Notes: generated by a model not told the origin, from the letters alone. A stretch of 64,000 nucleotides of DNA from Lama guanicoe (GCA_013239625.1 MU053629.1:4553567-4617566); one strand, 5' to 3'; positions 1 to 13,951 are shown, counted from the stretch's first letter. Program-made: numbers and translations.

Positions 1-349
1 AGTGGGACTTGGCACGGCTTTTCAATGATGACGGAAACACTTCAGGTCTTGAGCCTTCCCCACACCCCACCAGACCAACTGGCTTGGGGACTGGGGTAAG
101 GACAGCGTGTACTAGAAAACCAGTCCAGGTTGGTCAGGGGCTCAGTGATGTTAAGTCAGTCAGTAGCACAGGGGTCTGGTGTTAAGGATAAAGTAAGTAT
201 TTGTAACTGTGGTCCCCGTTTTTTTGTTTTTTTTTTCATGTGGGCCACTTTTCTATGAAGCAGAATGTACCATTTCTCCATATGATTGTATATTTTTTGT
301 TCTAGTTTTTTAAGCAAATGGTTAAAGACAGAGTACAGAATCCTCTCTT

Positions 350-900
350 TTATTTATGTTCTCTTAGAGGACAGTTTGGCAATCCTTAACAAAATATAAA
401 ATGTTCAAAACCTTTGAGCACATCCACTTTTAGGAAACTGTCCAACAGAAATACTACTTACGCATGTGTTGAATGCCCCTCAGCCAAAGTTGTTCATTGG
501 TGGAAGTATTTTTGATAGCAAAAATCAAGAGGTAAGCTAAATGCCTACGGTAGTGGGTTAATTATTTATCCATAGTCTGAAGCATTAAGCAGTGGCTAAA
601 AAGAAAGAGGATTTTAAACATTGACATGGAAATACATTCATGATACATTACTGAATTAAACAAACTATATGTGGTACGATCCCATTTTGTAAAACGTTTA
701 ATCCCGCCTCCTCCTTCCAGCTTCGTGTGTGTACTGAGAGACAGGGATCTGAAAAGTGCGCCCAGCAGTGCTTTCTGCTGGTTTCCCATGGAAAGTGACT
801 TGGGGCTGGAATGGGGGAAAAGCTGGCTCAATGAGCACACTTGTTACTTTATGTATTTCTCTATTGCTGTTTCCCTATTTGCTGTTGAATATTCTTCAAC
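350..900 (+). mobile_element. Old L1M (L1ME-like) 3' fragment
   Basis: Degenerate L1 ORF2-end/3'UTR motifs: gaggacagtttggcaat, ccacttttaggaa, gacatggaaa..catgatacattactga, gatcccattttgtaaaa. Confidence 0.6.
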
Positions 901-1499
901 AATCATCTCCTGGTTTTAAAAGCTACTTGAGTAGAATTCTTACCATAATTAGTATTTTATTAGCCACACTGGACTCCATATACTATTGAAAAATAGGCTG
1001 TATATCTGGAATACAAGTGTTGCAAGCTTCTCAGACCCCTTGCGGTAACTCCTTGGGGGTGCCAGGGATTTCATGGACAGTCTGAGAGTTAACATTTGGA
1101 GCGCTTCCTGTTGGCAGATGCGGGGTTGAGAGAGTTCCGTGGGTGATCTTGTTTAATTTAACCTTCACAAGGCCCCCAGGAAGTCCTTGGAAGGACGGTT
1201 GCTAGCTCCGAGGAGAGGACATCTCTGCTAAGCCACTCGCTCGAGCCTCACGGCTAGTAAGGGGTAAAGAGGAAGTTCTCACGTGTAGGTTCTCAGCCGC
1301 AGTTGAGACTTGGTCTGAGAGTTGTCATAATTCTTGAAATTGTGTATTCTGATTGTTTTTAAGCATGGCCAAAAAAAAAAAAAAGAAAACAACTTGTACT
1401 TTGTACTTCCTGCTTTCTGGGTCCCTCACAGTGGCTCGATATGCCTGTGCTGTACTGGCTTCCAGAGCTGGGGTTCATGGGAATGATACCGATCATTTT

Positions 1500-1700
1500 A
1501 GCTATCATCTGTTGATGGCCAGGCGAGGTACTAGATGATTTAGGTGGACTGTTGCTAATCTTGGCAGCAACTCTGCGAGGTAGGGCAGGTATACCTGTGA
1601 AGAAACTGAAGCTCAGAAGATTGCTGAAGGTGGTCAGGTAGGAAGCATTGGAGCCCGTATCTAAACACAGCTCTGTCTGATGTCAAACTTGCACTCTCTA
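1500..1700 (-). mobile_element. MIR SINE
   Basis: caactctgcgaggtagg...gaagaaactgaagctcagaag...ctctgtctgatgtcaaa resembles the MIR core reverse complement. Confidence 0.55.
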
Positions 1701-2653
1701 AAACCTAGCGTGTTGAAAGCCTGTGACGTGTGTCAAGTGTAGTTTGCGGCTTACAGTTTATGGGTATGATGGAACAACTCTTGAATAAATAAAACTTTGT
1801 TTAAAGAAATATTTGTGGTAACTAACACTGAAAAGTATACTTGAACCTAACAGAAAAAATGTTTAAACTCCTAGGTTTAACTTCCTAGATCACTTTCCTT
1901 TTTTTCCCTTAGCAAGTGCTATACCATCTGCATCCAGACCAGTTTTAGGTGGAAAATTAAGATAAAAAATACAGAGAGACAAAATAATGATAGCTGTTTG
2001 TTTTTTGTGCTTACATTATCATGTACTTTCTATTACAGACTTAAAATCTTAGACTGGCTGTTTTTCATGATTGTTCTAGGGTGGCCTTATTTTCTGTACC
2101 AAAGATCCGCACTAATAAATGAGATCTATGTATAAGAAATAATTGGACAGATGTAGTTTGGAAGCTAATTTACTGAACTTTCTGAGCTCTTTTGGTGGTT
2201 TATGATATTTTGAAACAACTCTTGAATAAATAAAACTTTAACCAAAGATATTTATGGTAATAGATTTAATACTGCTAAGTGTACCTAACACTAATTGATT
2301 TCTTATACCAAAGAGGTGGTATTACATTTAGTAATTTGAATTAAGCAACAAGAGAAAGGACAGTGTCAAATTCACCTGTTTTACATAAACATAGGGAAAA
2401 CGAGAGAGTTGAGTAAGTGGAAAAGAGGGGAAAGATCAGGTAACCTTACTGATCATTCAGTTCTGAGAAATGCCATCTCTTCAGTGAAACCTCTGATCCC
2501 CCAGGTGTGGTTAATCTCCGGGCACTTTCCTAGAGCAGGTAACCTGTTGGGCCTGCCATCTGGTTGGCTGTGTGGGAGTTCCCCTTCCTCACTAGATGTT
2601 GAATGACTTCATGACAGGGACCATCTTTTGTTTCACTCCTGCTCCCCTTAGTA

Positions 2654-2826
2654 CAGTTGGCCCTCTCATTTCCATAGGTTCCATATCTGCCTGATTTGCA
2701 GATGCAGAACCTGGAGATCCCGAGGACCAACATTGTATATAAGGGACTTGATCATCCACAGGTTTTGGTGTCCTGTCCACAGGGGAATCCTGGAGCCAGT
2801 CCCTCGTGGATAATGAGGGTTGACTG
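2654..2826. mobile_element. TcMar-Tigger MITE (MER2-like)
   Basis: Terminal inverted repeats cagttggccctc...gagggttgactg preceded by TA. Internal gggacttga..catccacaggttttgg..cctggagccagtcc..gtggata is typical of MER2. Confidence 0.75.
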
Positions 2827-3299
2827 TTCTTAACTTCGTGCCTTGTAGGAACACTCTTGTTGAATAGAATGGAATATTATATATGTCGGTATTTAAAAGA
2901 GAATTATAAAATGCATGTAACCTAAAGCTAAGTAAGTAATTTACTCTTTAAGGATTATTTGTGCAGTTGCCCAGGTGTGGGATATAATTGGTTGGTGGTG
3001 GACAATTCAGGCTTCAGCTTCCAATTTTCCCACATTTGACTGGGCCCACTGTCCCGAGGGGGCAGAGGGTCTGTGGTGACTCTGTGCTTTCTTATTTCTA
3101 TCCCTGGGGATGGTGTTTCCAAGGGGGGTTAGAGGTGAATGGGGGAGGGAGGCCCGTTTGTGCCAAAGTTACCTCTTGGACTGATGGCCCTAAATTTCTT
3201 TCTACCACTTTTAAATCCTTTTTCTCTTACAACAAAAATACAAATGAATGTACTACTTTTCAGCATACAGTGTCTGATCTTTTTTTTTTAGTTGAGAAG

Positions 3300-4500
3300 A
3301 TATAGATGATATTTTTTTAAAATTCAAGCAGTATTGAAATAAAGCAAGAAAAGTCCTCATTTCCCCAATTCACTAGTTAACAGTTTCTTCTCTGTCCTTA
3401 CAGAATGTTTTTCATACATGATATAAACTATATTGCAACCAGTTTCCTCTGCCCCCGCTTAATAGTATATCTTGGGAGTCTTTCCAGCATCAGTGTGCAC
3501 AAATCAACTTCATTCTTTCGGATGATTACATTATACTTAATTTTATGACTGTGGCTTTATTTAACCTATTGATGGACCAGTTTTAAGTTTAAGTTGTTAC
3601 CAGTTTTTCAGTAGTATTAGAAAGAAAAAATGCTGCAGTCAACAGCATTGCCTTATGGTTTTCCACATTGTAGAAATGTGTTTGTAGGATAAAGTTTCTA
3701 GGATTTAGAACTACTGAGACAAAGAGTATCCATACTTTACATTTTAACAGCTGTTTCCATGTTGCTCTTCGAAAGTTAGAACCGGTTTGCATTCCCACAA
3801 GCAGTGTTTGAGAACGCCCACTTCCCTCTACTCTCACCAGCTCTGGGTACCAGCAGACTTTAGTTGATGTCAGTTTGATATGAGGAAAAGGATTATTCTA
3901 TTATTGTTTTATTTTGTGTTTCTTCAATTATAAATGAGCTTGAGCATGTTTTCATTTATATTTTGGTCATTTGTATTTAATTTCTGTGAACTATTTATCA
4001 CCTTTGCTCATTTTTCTATTAGATTGTCTTTTTGTAGTTGATTTAAGAGCTTTCCAATATTAAGAAAATTGGCCCTTTGTCTTATACATTATAAATCTTC
4101 TTGTTTAGTTTATTGCCTTTCCTTTCAGCTTGTTTTGGTCTTTTTTTCCTCTCTTTTTTTCTCCCCCCATGGAGAAGTTTTAAGTTTTTACATGGTCAGA
4201 TTTATCCTATTTTCCTTTGTGACTTCTCAGTTTATGTCACGCTTAGAAAGGTCTTCCACATTCCAAGAGGTTGAAAAAACATTCATTCATACTCTCTTTT
4301 CTTTCCACTTTAATAGGGTTAAGTAAACATGCACATTAAGTATGTTATAAATATGTATTTGTGTAGATTTTTTTATTTTGTAAAACAGCATGCATTTTTA
4401 TTACACAGAAGATTTTTAAAAAATTCTTGTGCCATCTTCATTTTATTTTGGTGAAAGGAGGAGTCAGAAGGGGAGCCAACTTTATTTTTCAAGCAGATAC
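3300..4500 (-). mobile_element. Old L1M (L1MC/ME-like) 3' region
   Basis: Antisense L1 motifs: cattcccacaagcagtgtttgagaacgcccacttccctc, gagcttgagcatgttttcat, cctttgctcatttttctattagattgtc. Confidence 0.75.
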
Positions 4501-5439
4501 TGGTTATTGACTAATTTGTCTTCCCAGATGTGAGAACACTTCCAAGATGCAGCTAAATTCCGTAACCATAGAATATCTTGTATGTTTGCATGTAGTGGCC
4601 TTCCATATGCTGTGGGCCCAAAGGCCCCTGCTGATTTGCACAGTTTCATTAACAGATTGATGAGTACACCAACACATGAGGTGACGGAAATCCACTGTGC
4701 CCATTAATGAGTTTCCTGTGCATGTCTGTTAACATGTGTTCCTTTCCCTGGACCTTCTCTAGACAAGTTACTGCTGTAAAATGACTGTTGGGCTGGTGTT
4801 GCTGGATAGTAAGATCTTACTGGTGACTTGAAAGATGGCATTTTAAGCCTATGTAGACAAATGCTGACTTATATCTATAAATACCATATGGCCCTGCTTT
4901 TCCATGATGCTCTGACTTCACATCTTTTGGTCTGTAGCCCTCTTAAATATCTTCACACTCATCAAATCATGTCTGAATTTTGGTTCAGAAAATATGACTA
5001 TAGGATAAATCTTTATTTTATTTGTTTTTCTTCAATGATGATTATTTTATACTCATTTCTCATTGAATGGAATCTTTTTCAGTTGTTTTGTGAATTTCTG
5101 GAAAAATTCTGGAAAAAATGAAGTTTTATTTGCTTAAACTATAGCATATGTAAAAGATAACTGGTTGCCTGTAAATAAAACTGGGTAGATTAATGAAAAT
5201 TGTAATTAACAGTAGACATACACTGAGTCTACAAATTATATAACACCTAAGAATTGTGTACCTCGAATCTGAGATGATTTGAAGAGAGCTTTAATTTATT
5301 CAAATTCCGTAGTATCGATGTGAAAAGTACAAGTCTTTTTTAGTCTTAGGAAAGTAGTTGTTAGTAGGAGTAGGGGTCAGTAGTCTGGCTATTTCACGTG
5401 AGCAGTAAGAGGTTTAAGTCTTACCTAAGCACAAGGCCA

Positions 5440-6230
5440 GTTGTTCCTTGAGGTCAGAGATGGTGCTGCTCCTTTTTGAATCCCTAGTAACCCAGCGTGG
5501 TACCTGGTACATAGTACCTTCTCAGCATGTGTTTCTGGAATGCACGGCTGCTTGAAGGAATGAAGTAACATGGACAAGCCGTCCAGAGCGCATCCATCAG
5601 TAAATCCGGTTAGCTCTGCCTTTAAAATACATCCAGCATGTGATGACTGCTCAAAACCTCAGCCCGTTTTAGGCCACCAGCCCCTCTCCCCTAGGCTAGG
5701 ACGGTGGTTGCCTAACTGGTCTCCCTGTTTCTGCTTTTGCCCCACATGGCCTCTTTTCCACACAGCAGCCAAAGTGATCCTGTTAGAAGTTAAGTGCGGT
5801 CACTACACTCCAGATCCTCTGGTGGTTTCCATCTCACTTGGGAGTGAATGCCAAGTCTTTAACGTGCCCTTCAAGGCCCTGCACTTCTTCGTCTGCCCCC
5901 AACCCTGCCCCGCCATTACTTCTCTGGACTTGCCTCTCTCCCCCACCTATTCTCAGTTCTCTTCCAGCTACTCTGGCTTTCTGTCATTCTTTTGACCATG
6001 CCAGGCGGTCTTCTGCCTCAGGGTCTTAGCATTAGCTGTTCCCTCTGCCTGGAATATTCTCTCCCCAGATACCTGTGGGGTTCACTTCCTCATCCCTTTT
6101 AAGTAGAGTGCAAACTCCATGAGGGCAGGCCTTTTCCTTTTCCCGCTGTTAAACTGTACCAGTGCCCAGAACATTGCCTGCTGCGTGGTGGGCAGTGCTT
6201 ACACATTTTTTGGAAAGAGAAAGGAAGCAA
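5440..6230 (+). mobile_element. L2 LINE 3' fragments (L2a-like)
   Basis: ccacacagcagccaaagtgatcct, cagggtcttagcattagctgttccctctgcctggaatattct, aaactccatgagggcagg, gtgcccagaacattgcctg. Confidence 0.8.
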
Positions 6231-7479
6231 AGAAGTGAAGAAGAAGCAGCGGTGAGAGGCCTGGGGCGAAATTACACCTCACGGATGTGAAGATTCAACC
6301 ACGAACACTATGGCTTCTAGTCCACACCAGATCTCAGATTCCACACCTGAGAAGGGCTCTAAACTTGACGACTTTTCTGGTAATTTCCTGTTGATGTCTT
6401 TCTAACCTCTACAGTTGTGTTTTCATTTCTTTCCTCTTGCCTGAGAAAAATGCCTTTGCTGTAGTTCTAATCGACTCTTCCCTGGCACTGAAGTGATATG
6501 ACAAATGACATATAAAATACAGTATTGGCTTGACTTTCTGTTGCTCTTGGTAGATGCTAGGTTGTTTCTCTCAAAAGCCCACCTGAGCCCTGCCACAGCG
6601 GTGGGTGCCAGTGGGCCGGGTGCTCCCCGGAGTCTGCTCTCTGTCTGCTGTTGACTCGGTAGGCGCCCCGCTTGCCATCCTGACCGCCCCTTACCTGGGG
6701 CTGCCTCTCCTCTATTGGGCCTTTATGTTCCTCCTCTTGGTTTCTCTTTTGGATTGCATGTTGCTTCAAATAAAATCGCTAACAACATATGGCCCGTTAT
6801 GATTCTCTTTTCCCAAACTCTGCCATTTTGTATATTTGTGACACACTGCAGATTTTGTGAAGATTGCTTCATAATATTTGTTTACCATCTGCTGCACTCT
6901 ATTTGGTATCTTGCTAGGATTTTTTCCTCCATTTTAAGTGACATTAACAAAATCCAGCCAGTACATAGACTTTCTGGTTCTACTTTTGCTTCCCTAATGT
7001 GCTGGAAAATCATATTACTGTGCCCCAGGCAACGAGAGAAGCCTGGAATTCTCATTGTGAACCAGGGTATCGGATCCTCCCCCCAACCTTGGCCATATCT
7101 AGTAATGCTTTTTTGGTCAGATGGCAAAGAACCTCCACGTGTAAGACAAAAAGAGTTCAAAGTATTTTTTTTCTACTTGTCTGTACTTAGGGCCTTGGCT
7201 TTCTAGTGCTCTTCAGTATATTTATACCTTTGGAACTCTTTGCACCATTTTAGTGAGTTTTTATGATTTACGGTTCCAGTTAATGTACTTTTTAAAGCTA
7301 ATCCAATTTGATAGGCCAGTAGCCAGAGTCTTTGCTAGATAGGCTGACTGTGTATGTCCAACTTTTTCTTCAGAAAAGTATTTTAAGTTATTGTCATACT
7401 AAATTGCTTGGTGTGTGTTTCTGCTTTCTTCCACTTCCCTCACTTCTCATTCCTATCAATTCATTTGCTTCATTTAAAG

Positions 7480-8430
7480 AATTTTTTTCCAGCTTTCTTG
7501 AGATATAATTGACACATAACATTGTGTAAGTTTAAGGTGTACACATGTTGATTTGACAGTTACATATTGCAAAATGATTGCCACCATAGTGTTAGCTAAC
7601 ATGTCCATCCTGACACATAATTATCATTTTGTTTTTGTAGTGAGAACATTTAAGATCTATTCTCTTAGCAGCATTCAAGTATATAACACAGTGTCATTAA
7701 CTATAATCACCATGCTGTGCATTAGGTCCCCAGACCTTGTTAACCTTATTACTGGAAATTTGTACTGTTTGACAGATATCTCCCCATTTCCCTATCCTTC
7801 AGCCCTTGGTAACCTTTACTGTTTCTCTTGAGTTTGGGTTATTTTAGATTCCACATATAAGTGATATTTTACAGTATTTGTCTTTCTCTAACTTACTTCA
7901 CTTAGCATAATGCCCTCAAGTTTCATCATCCGTGTTTCTTTTTCTTGGCTGAATAATATTCCTCTGCATGTGTGTGCACGCTCGCGTGTGTGTTTATACA
8001 CACACACACACACACATCTTCTTTATCCATTCATCCATTGATGGACACCTAGGTTGTTTACATATCTTGGCTATTGTGATACTGTTGCAATGAACATTGG
8101 AGTGCAGATCTCTCTGTGAGGTTGTGATTTCAATTCCTATGGATATAGACCCAGAAGTACGATTGCTGGATCAGAAGTTAATGTAATTTTAATTTTTTGA
8201 GGAACCACATATTGTTTTCCATAGTGGCTGTCCCTCTTACCTTTCCACCTACAGTACACAAGGGTTCCCTTTTCTCCACACTCTCACCAACATTTGCTAT
8301 CTCTTTTTGAAGCTAGTTATCTAACAGGTGTGAGATAATATGTCACTGTGGTTTTGATTTCTGTTTCCCTGATAATTAGAGATATGGAGCTCCTTTTCAT
8401 GTACCTGTTTGGTTATTTTTATGCCTCCCT
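7480..8430 (-). mobile_element. L1MA-type (L1MA9-like) 3' end with internal (CA)n
   Basis: ttgagatataattgacacataacattgtgtaagtttaaggtgtaca; ttttagattccacatataagtga; ccattcatccattgatggacacctaggttg; acccagaagt..gattgctggatc. Confidence 0.88.
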
Positions 8431-11029
8431 TGGAATCCCTTGTCTTGAGAGAGAAGTGTATTCTCATTTGAAATGCCAAGGCCTATGGTTTGCCCTTGGG
8501 TTGCCATCAGGGTCTGATAGCTTGGATTTTGCCTTTGGACCAGAATCATTAGTCTTCTCTTATGTATAATTACTTTTCCAACTCAGTCTCCTTTCTGACA
8601 AGAACAGGAAGTCTTCATTGAAACTACTAATTGCAAATATTAAAGAGTGAAGCAAACAGCCCTCCAAAGAGCAGTTTCTGTAAGGGAAAGCAGTACCTAT
8701 GTGAAATGGAGTCTCTTGTTAATCCGTTAAGAACTATTCATCACTGTGTCATATAAAGCTGGTTTTATCCTCAGGCTTTATCAAGATGCGTCTTTCAACC
8801 TACCTTGTCTCTTTATGGGACAGCTGCAACGCTTTAAGTTTGCACCAAAAACTGTTCTGGCCATTTGTCCTCAGTTTCCTGTCCACTTAACACAAGGTAC
8901 CCTTTAGTGTTTCATAGCTGCTTTCCATGGAACTGCTACATTTTCTATGTATGTGTGTTTGGTTATATATGTTACATATGTATGATTTTTTCTGGTAATT
9001 GACCCCCCTCACAGTTTTTTTTGCTGAAATTATCTCACCGAGATTTCATAGAATTCCAGAATCCTTTGTTCTAAGTCACCTTAAATGTTCAAGCCTTGGC
9101 TCTGAGAGCTTAAAGAACTCTTTTTTGTCCTTGTTGTTGCTACTGATTTAGAGAAAACGGTGTTTAAATGATTTCTTCTGGAATCTGTGCCCTCCCTTTA
9201 CAAATTATAAAAAGGTTTTTCACCTGTTGTATTAAACTCGAAGCACTTCCTCGTTCCATGTGAACAGTGCCTTGCTGAGGCCTTGTGAATGTTGAACTTG
9301 ACTGTCATCTGTCCCTGTGTGGTGACCATCTCTATAGCTAGCTCTGGTGTACAGGTGAGATTTACAAAAAGCTACTTTATTCAGGCTGGAAATTTTACCA
9401 AGTTCAGGACTTCATCAGGAACAAATCATTTTAGTACACATCCAAACCGATCATTTGATTTGTCTTCAAAACAAAAATGTTAAGTGTTTTCATGTGTGGT
9501 AATATGTCCCTTTATACAGTATCATTTTGCCCCTTTTGTTGCCTGCGTTTGCAAGAAAGTTTTTTGACTTAACCTTGAAAATACTAGTTTCTCAAACCTG
9601 TGTAGAAACTCCTTCTGTTTCCAAAACTAGAATAGCATTTCTCTCCTAATTTGTATCTTAAAAAAAAAAAAGAGGACAGGAAAATGCTGGATTTCTGTGT
9701 AGTCCTTTCTATATGTAACCTCCGTAGGAATGTGCCTTCTTTGTTACTGAAAGTGGCCCCTGCGTGCAACTCTTGGTAGTAATGACACCAGTAGTGACTG
9801 ACGGCTCCCAGCTACGCAGATATTCAGACACTGTGACTTGATGATACTGATTTACATCGAGGTGGGAACTCTGCGGGAGTGAACGGTATCTCAGATCCAG
9901 GTAACGGTTGCTTTAGAGAGAAGACCCCAGTGAGGGCTGTTGGCTTGGTCACTGAGCAGGGCAGGCACAAGTGGCAGTCTGCCTCATGCTGTCAGGTTGC
10001 TGTTGGCTGTTGAGGAGAAAAAGCAGGTAGCATTTTGCTCTGAAGTGGTTATTTAGGAGCGAATACAAGCTCCCTCTCAGGGCTCCCAGGGCCTGGTCAC
10101 CAGTAGGGGGATAGCTTAAGAACTGTAGGTGGACAGGAGGGAGGGCCTGCTGAGGGGTGTGGGCTGAGATCCAGGTGCTGAACTGAGCTCCCTTGCATTT
10201 TCAGTGAGAGTCCCCAGAGCATGTCATGCTAGCTTACTGTCTTTATGATGAGAGATCTATCTTTTTCTCCAGTGCCTGGGATCAGGTTCTCTGCATCTGA
10301 TCAAATCAGCAATTAGATGCCTAAGAGCACCTCCCCCACCAAATAATAATAACACAGTTTAACAAGTGCACCAGAGCTGAGGCACGAAAATGAGAGCGAG
10401 CCTGTCCCTTCCAAGTTGTCCCCCTGGGAGGCTGTGTCTTCCAGCAGTGCCGCCATCGCTCAAAATGTTTTGGCATTGTTCTTTCAGCTGTACATGTAGA
10501 GTCTACCGCATAGGTTGTTCTCCTGTTCACAGACTTTTATCTTTAGTAGAGTGAAGTAACTAACTAAATATTCAGAAACAGCCAAAAGTTATTCTTGGTC
10601 CTGCCTGGTACATTGTGTAGGTTGAGTGTGTGATCAGATGGACAGTTCCATTTAGGGCTAAAAATGAGATCTGATATGTTCACGTGGTTTATCTTCAGGT
10701 TCTTAAAGCTGTTTTGAAGAGGTATTTCAAAACTATTTTGAATAAGAGAAGCATTAATGAAATAAGTACATTGTTTCCGGTTGTGGCTACTTTGATGATC
10801 CACTTACTCAAATGTATCCATTCTGGTTAAGTATTTTGGGAAGTCTTACTACCCTCTAGTTTTGGGACCATTAAATAATTTCACAGTAGCACAGACCACC
10901 ATTTGAAGCTTCCTGTGGTCCCAGAGTACCCAGTACAAATGGAGCAGTTGGAAAAGAGAAGAGCTACAAGGTCAAGTGGGTGATGACGAGAACCGTTAGA
11001 GTTGACGTTAACCTTACACGAGGCTTCCA

Positions 11030-11175
11030 GTTCTGCATCAAGGGAGTGATGATAATCAAGTTGTACTGTCCACATCAGGGGATCGTTGTGAGGTTAAGGG
11101 GATGTTGTGTGTGGAGCATAAATCTCAGTGCCTTGTGTATAGCAATGTTCAGGAAATGTTAGCCATTTTTATTAT
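11030..11175 (+). mobile_element. MIR SINE 3' part
   Basis: gttgtgaggttaag...cagtgccttgtgtatagcaatgttcaggaaatgttagcc. Confidence 0.55.
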
Positions 11176-11615
11176 GCTATTATGATGCGGTAGATTGCCT
11201 GGGAGAAAGGGTGATGGGGAGGGATCAAGGGATGGGATGCCATGTGGGAAAAGAAGTACTAATAGTTGAGTAAAATTGGCCTCTCTGGTTTTTAATGTTC
11301 TCCTAACGAAACCTATTTAGTCATACTCAAGTTCTGCTCACCTTAACTTAGATATGTGTCATGAATGATGTGAGCACTATTTTAATTTTCAGCTGTCCCT
11401 AAAATTTTTAGTTCTCTATTGAGATTGTGGTTGTTTTCTGAACAGCAACAAGAAAACCCCAACAAACCAATAAAGTCACCATCCCTAAAATGTGGTGTTG
11501 AGGATTTGGGTATCACGTTGTACAAACCAATTATATTACGTTCCCAGTTGATGTAGTTTTTGTACATTACACAAATGCAAATCGTATGACTTGCATGATG
11601 TTGCTTTTTAAACAG

Positions 11616-11683
11616 ATGAAGATGAAGATGGTGATCGAATTACGGTGAGAAGTGATGAAGAAATGAAGGCAATGCTGTCATAT
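11616..11683 (+). CDS. MAP2K5: MAP2K5 exon 3 (68 nt), PB1 acidic OPCA motif: (Y)EDEDGDRITVRSDEEMKAMLSY
   Basis: Acceptor ttgctttttaaacag|ATGAAG, donor TCATAT|gtaagt. Phase 1 in, phase 0 out. Translation matches the MEK5 PB1 domain. Confidence 0.97.
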
Positions 11684-12439
11684 GTAAGTATATTACAAAT
11701 GACTTTTTTTTAAAAGTTCATGTAATCGAGGATGCTGTTTCTTGGCATAGTGAAGATATAAAAGTAAATCACAGTTGCTATAATATTTTTCTGTGTAATA
11801 TGTAATCTTTTTAAACATTTCCTTACGTGAAAGTTAAGAGCATTCTTTTTGAAAGGCACTTACTGATCATATCATGAACATTAAGAATAATGCATCTTAA
11901 TGACTTTTGCATTAGGTATGGTGCAGACTAAATGGACTATCAATTTCCTGTATTTTTTATGCAGTACTTAAAGTAACGGCTCATTAAAAATGAACCCCTG
12001 GGCTCTAAAAAATTTTTCAAAATCTACTTTCGACTGGAGATCTCTTTCACCCTTCCAAACAGACTGTAGTTATAAAGTAGCTGCAGGCTTGATATGGATA
12101 TGTGATTTAAAGATGTATTCTGAGTTATTTTATGCCCTAACTCCCCTTTGCCCCCCACCCCAAAATGAACTACAGAATCTAAGTCCTTTGAATATATCCT
12201 GAAATGACTTTTCTTTTGTGTTTCAAATTTCAGAGAAAATTTGCATTAACATTTGTCTCAGGACTGAAGTAGATGAAAAAAGAATCCATTTCTAAAAACT
12301 TAAATTCTAAGCTTGAAAAATTCAACTACAGTGAAGAGACATAGCTTCCCTGAGCCCTCATTTGTTCTTTTCTCTTATTCTGTTTTATTTTCTCTTACTC
12401 ATTTTATCTGCCTTTACAATCTGTGTACAAAACCTGGTC

Positions 12440-12680
12440 CAGAGGTCTGGTGAAAAAAAAGCACCGGACTTGAAGTCCAGAAACCACTGCTCTCCTCTGG
12501 CTTCCTGGCCTTAGGCGAAACACTTAACCTTTCTGTGCTGTGGTTGCCTCATCTGTCAATTGTGGATAATAATGCCTGTCCTTTCTCCTGCACAGGGTCA
12601 TTGTAATGATCAAATGGGGTAATAGATGTGAAAGCCCTTTGAAAAGTTAAGAGGGTTCTATACAAATGCAAAGTGGTATC
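12440..12680 (+). mobile_element. MIR/MIR3 SINE
   Basis: ggccttaggcgaaacacttaacctttctgtgc..cctcatctgtcaa..gtaatgatcaaatggggtaatagatgtgaaagccctttgaaa. Confidence 0.7.
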
Positions 12681-13289
12681 ATGGTGGAAATGATGGAATC
12701 AGGGCCCTGGCTTGTCCGCCAGACTCTCATCTCAGCCAACAGTTAGGTGGTGGATTTTTGATAGACCTCAACTTCAACCAGGACATTGTTTCATTGTAAT
12801 GAAAACTGTAAAACATCTGTATGGGTTTCCGCTGATAGTTTTAATTTAGGGTGGGAGGAAAGAGAACAAGAAGGAGGGCATGATTAACAGAGCGTTGCAT
12901 TCACACCAGCACAGAGTAGGAAAAGTCAATTTCCCATTGACTTCCCATTACCTTATTTGAGAGTCTTTGTGCCCTGAGAATTTAGAGCAGAGCTCGTCGG
13001 TACCTTGAAAGGCAGAGTAGGATTGTCTGCTGAAAGGTCTAGCACTAGTATTGATGGATTGGCTAACTCTCCTGAGAATGTGACATGCTTATTTTTAGAA
13101 GACACACGTACGCACAGATGGATTCTAGTTTTTTCGCATACATCCAACTGCAGAGTGTACATTACTGACATCAGTGTACTTTTCTTGTGTCCCTGACATA
13201 ACCATACGCACAAGGTGTGTTTTCAAAAATGGACTTTTGGGCAGATCTAACAAATCGTGCTCTTTGGGAAATGTTGCGGCATGTGATCA

Positions 13290-13520
13290 TAATGGTAATA
13301 ATGCTTTCCGTTTCTAAGTGCTCACTGTACCCTAGGTGTATTTAATTTTCTTTGGTGTTAATAACCACTCTGCAAAGTAGATATTACCATCCCTGTCTTC
13401 CAGATGAGGACGCTATGGTTAAGAGACCTGCCCCAGGTCTTATAGCTAGTATGAATGTGAATATGCAATTTAAGTTCAGCTTCTCCTTATGCCAGAGCCC
13501 ATGCTGCTTCACTGTTTTAC
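13290..13520 (-). mobile_element. MIR SINE
   Basis: ataaccactctgcaaagtagatattaccatccc..cagatgagga..ggttaagagacctgccccaggtcttatagctagt. Confidence 0.7.
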
Positions 13521-13571
13521 ACTTTTTGTCTCCCATCCACTCTTGCACGTTAGCATTGGGATCTTTCTACG

Positions 13572-13951
13572 TGTTGAAAAACAAAATTCAACTGAGTAGA
13601 TTTTCAAGCTCTTACGGGCCTGATGCAGTGATTCATGAGTAGGACAGCAAGCCATCTAGCAGATAGAAAGGCAGTCTGAAGACTTCTGTAGGCAGGAGGC
13701 AGGACAAGGAAGTAATTTTCGCCAAGAGCTGATGGTTCCAGGCAAGGTCACCTTCCTTTAGGGGGCAGCGGGGGTCTATCGGGTGGATTACCTCATTAGT
13801 GCTGACCAGGAAATTGCAGACAGACAGGTTACGATTACCTTCCTGGGAGAGGCTGGGACTATAATTAGGATAGGTATTTTAAGTCTTGGTTTGGTGACTT
13901 GGATTTGGCACACGTGACTCCATTTTGGGCCTGTTGTCTCTTTTTTTAACA
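13572..13951 (-). mobile_element. ERV1-class solo LTR (380 bp)
   Basis: TG...CA ends with inverted termini tgttgaaaaa/ttttttaaca. 4-bp TSD tacg (13568-13571) / tatg (13952-13955), differing by a CpG transition. The minus strand begins with ...aaaatggagtcac, typical of ERV1 U3. Confidence 0.8.

Noticed and set aside
5570..5995. 141-aa ATG-initiated ORF
   Set aside because: It is wholly within an L2 3' fragment and appears to be a chance open frame.
6715..7206. 163-aa ORF next to a GC-rich patch (6580-6720)
   Set aside because: Non-ATG start, no recognisable protein similarity, and no pseudogene hallmarks such as polyA or TSD.
7309..7319. tgataggccag, resembling the VIGQ codons of MAP2K5 exon 2
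   Set aside because: The match is 11 nt only, does not continue into VLPEATTT, and has no splice sites.
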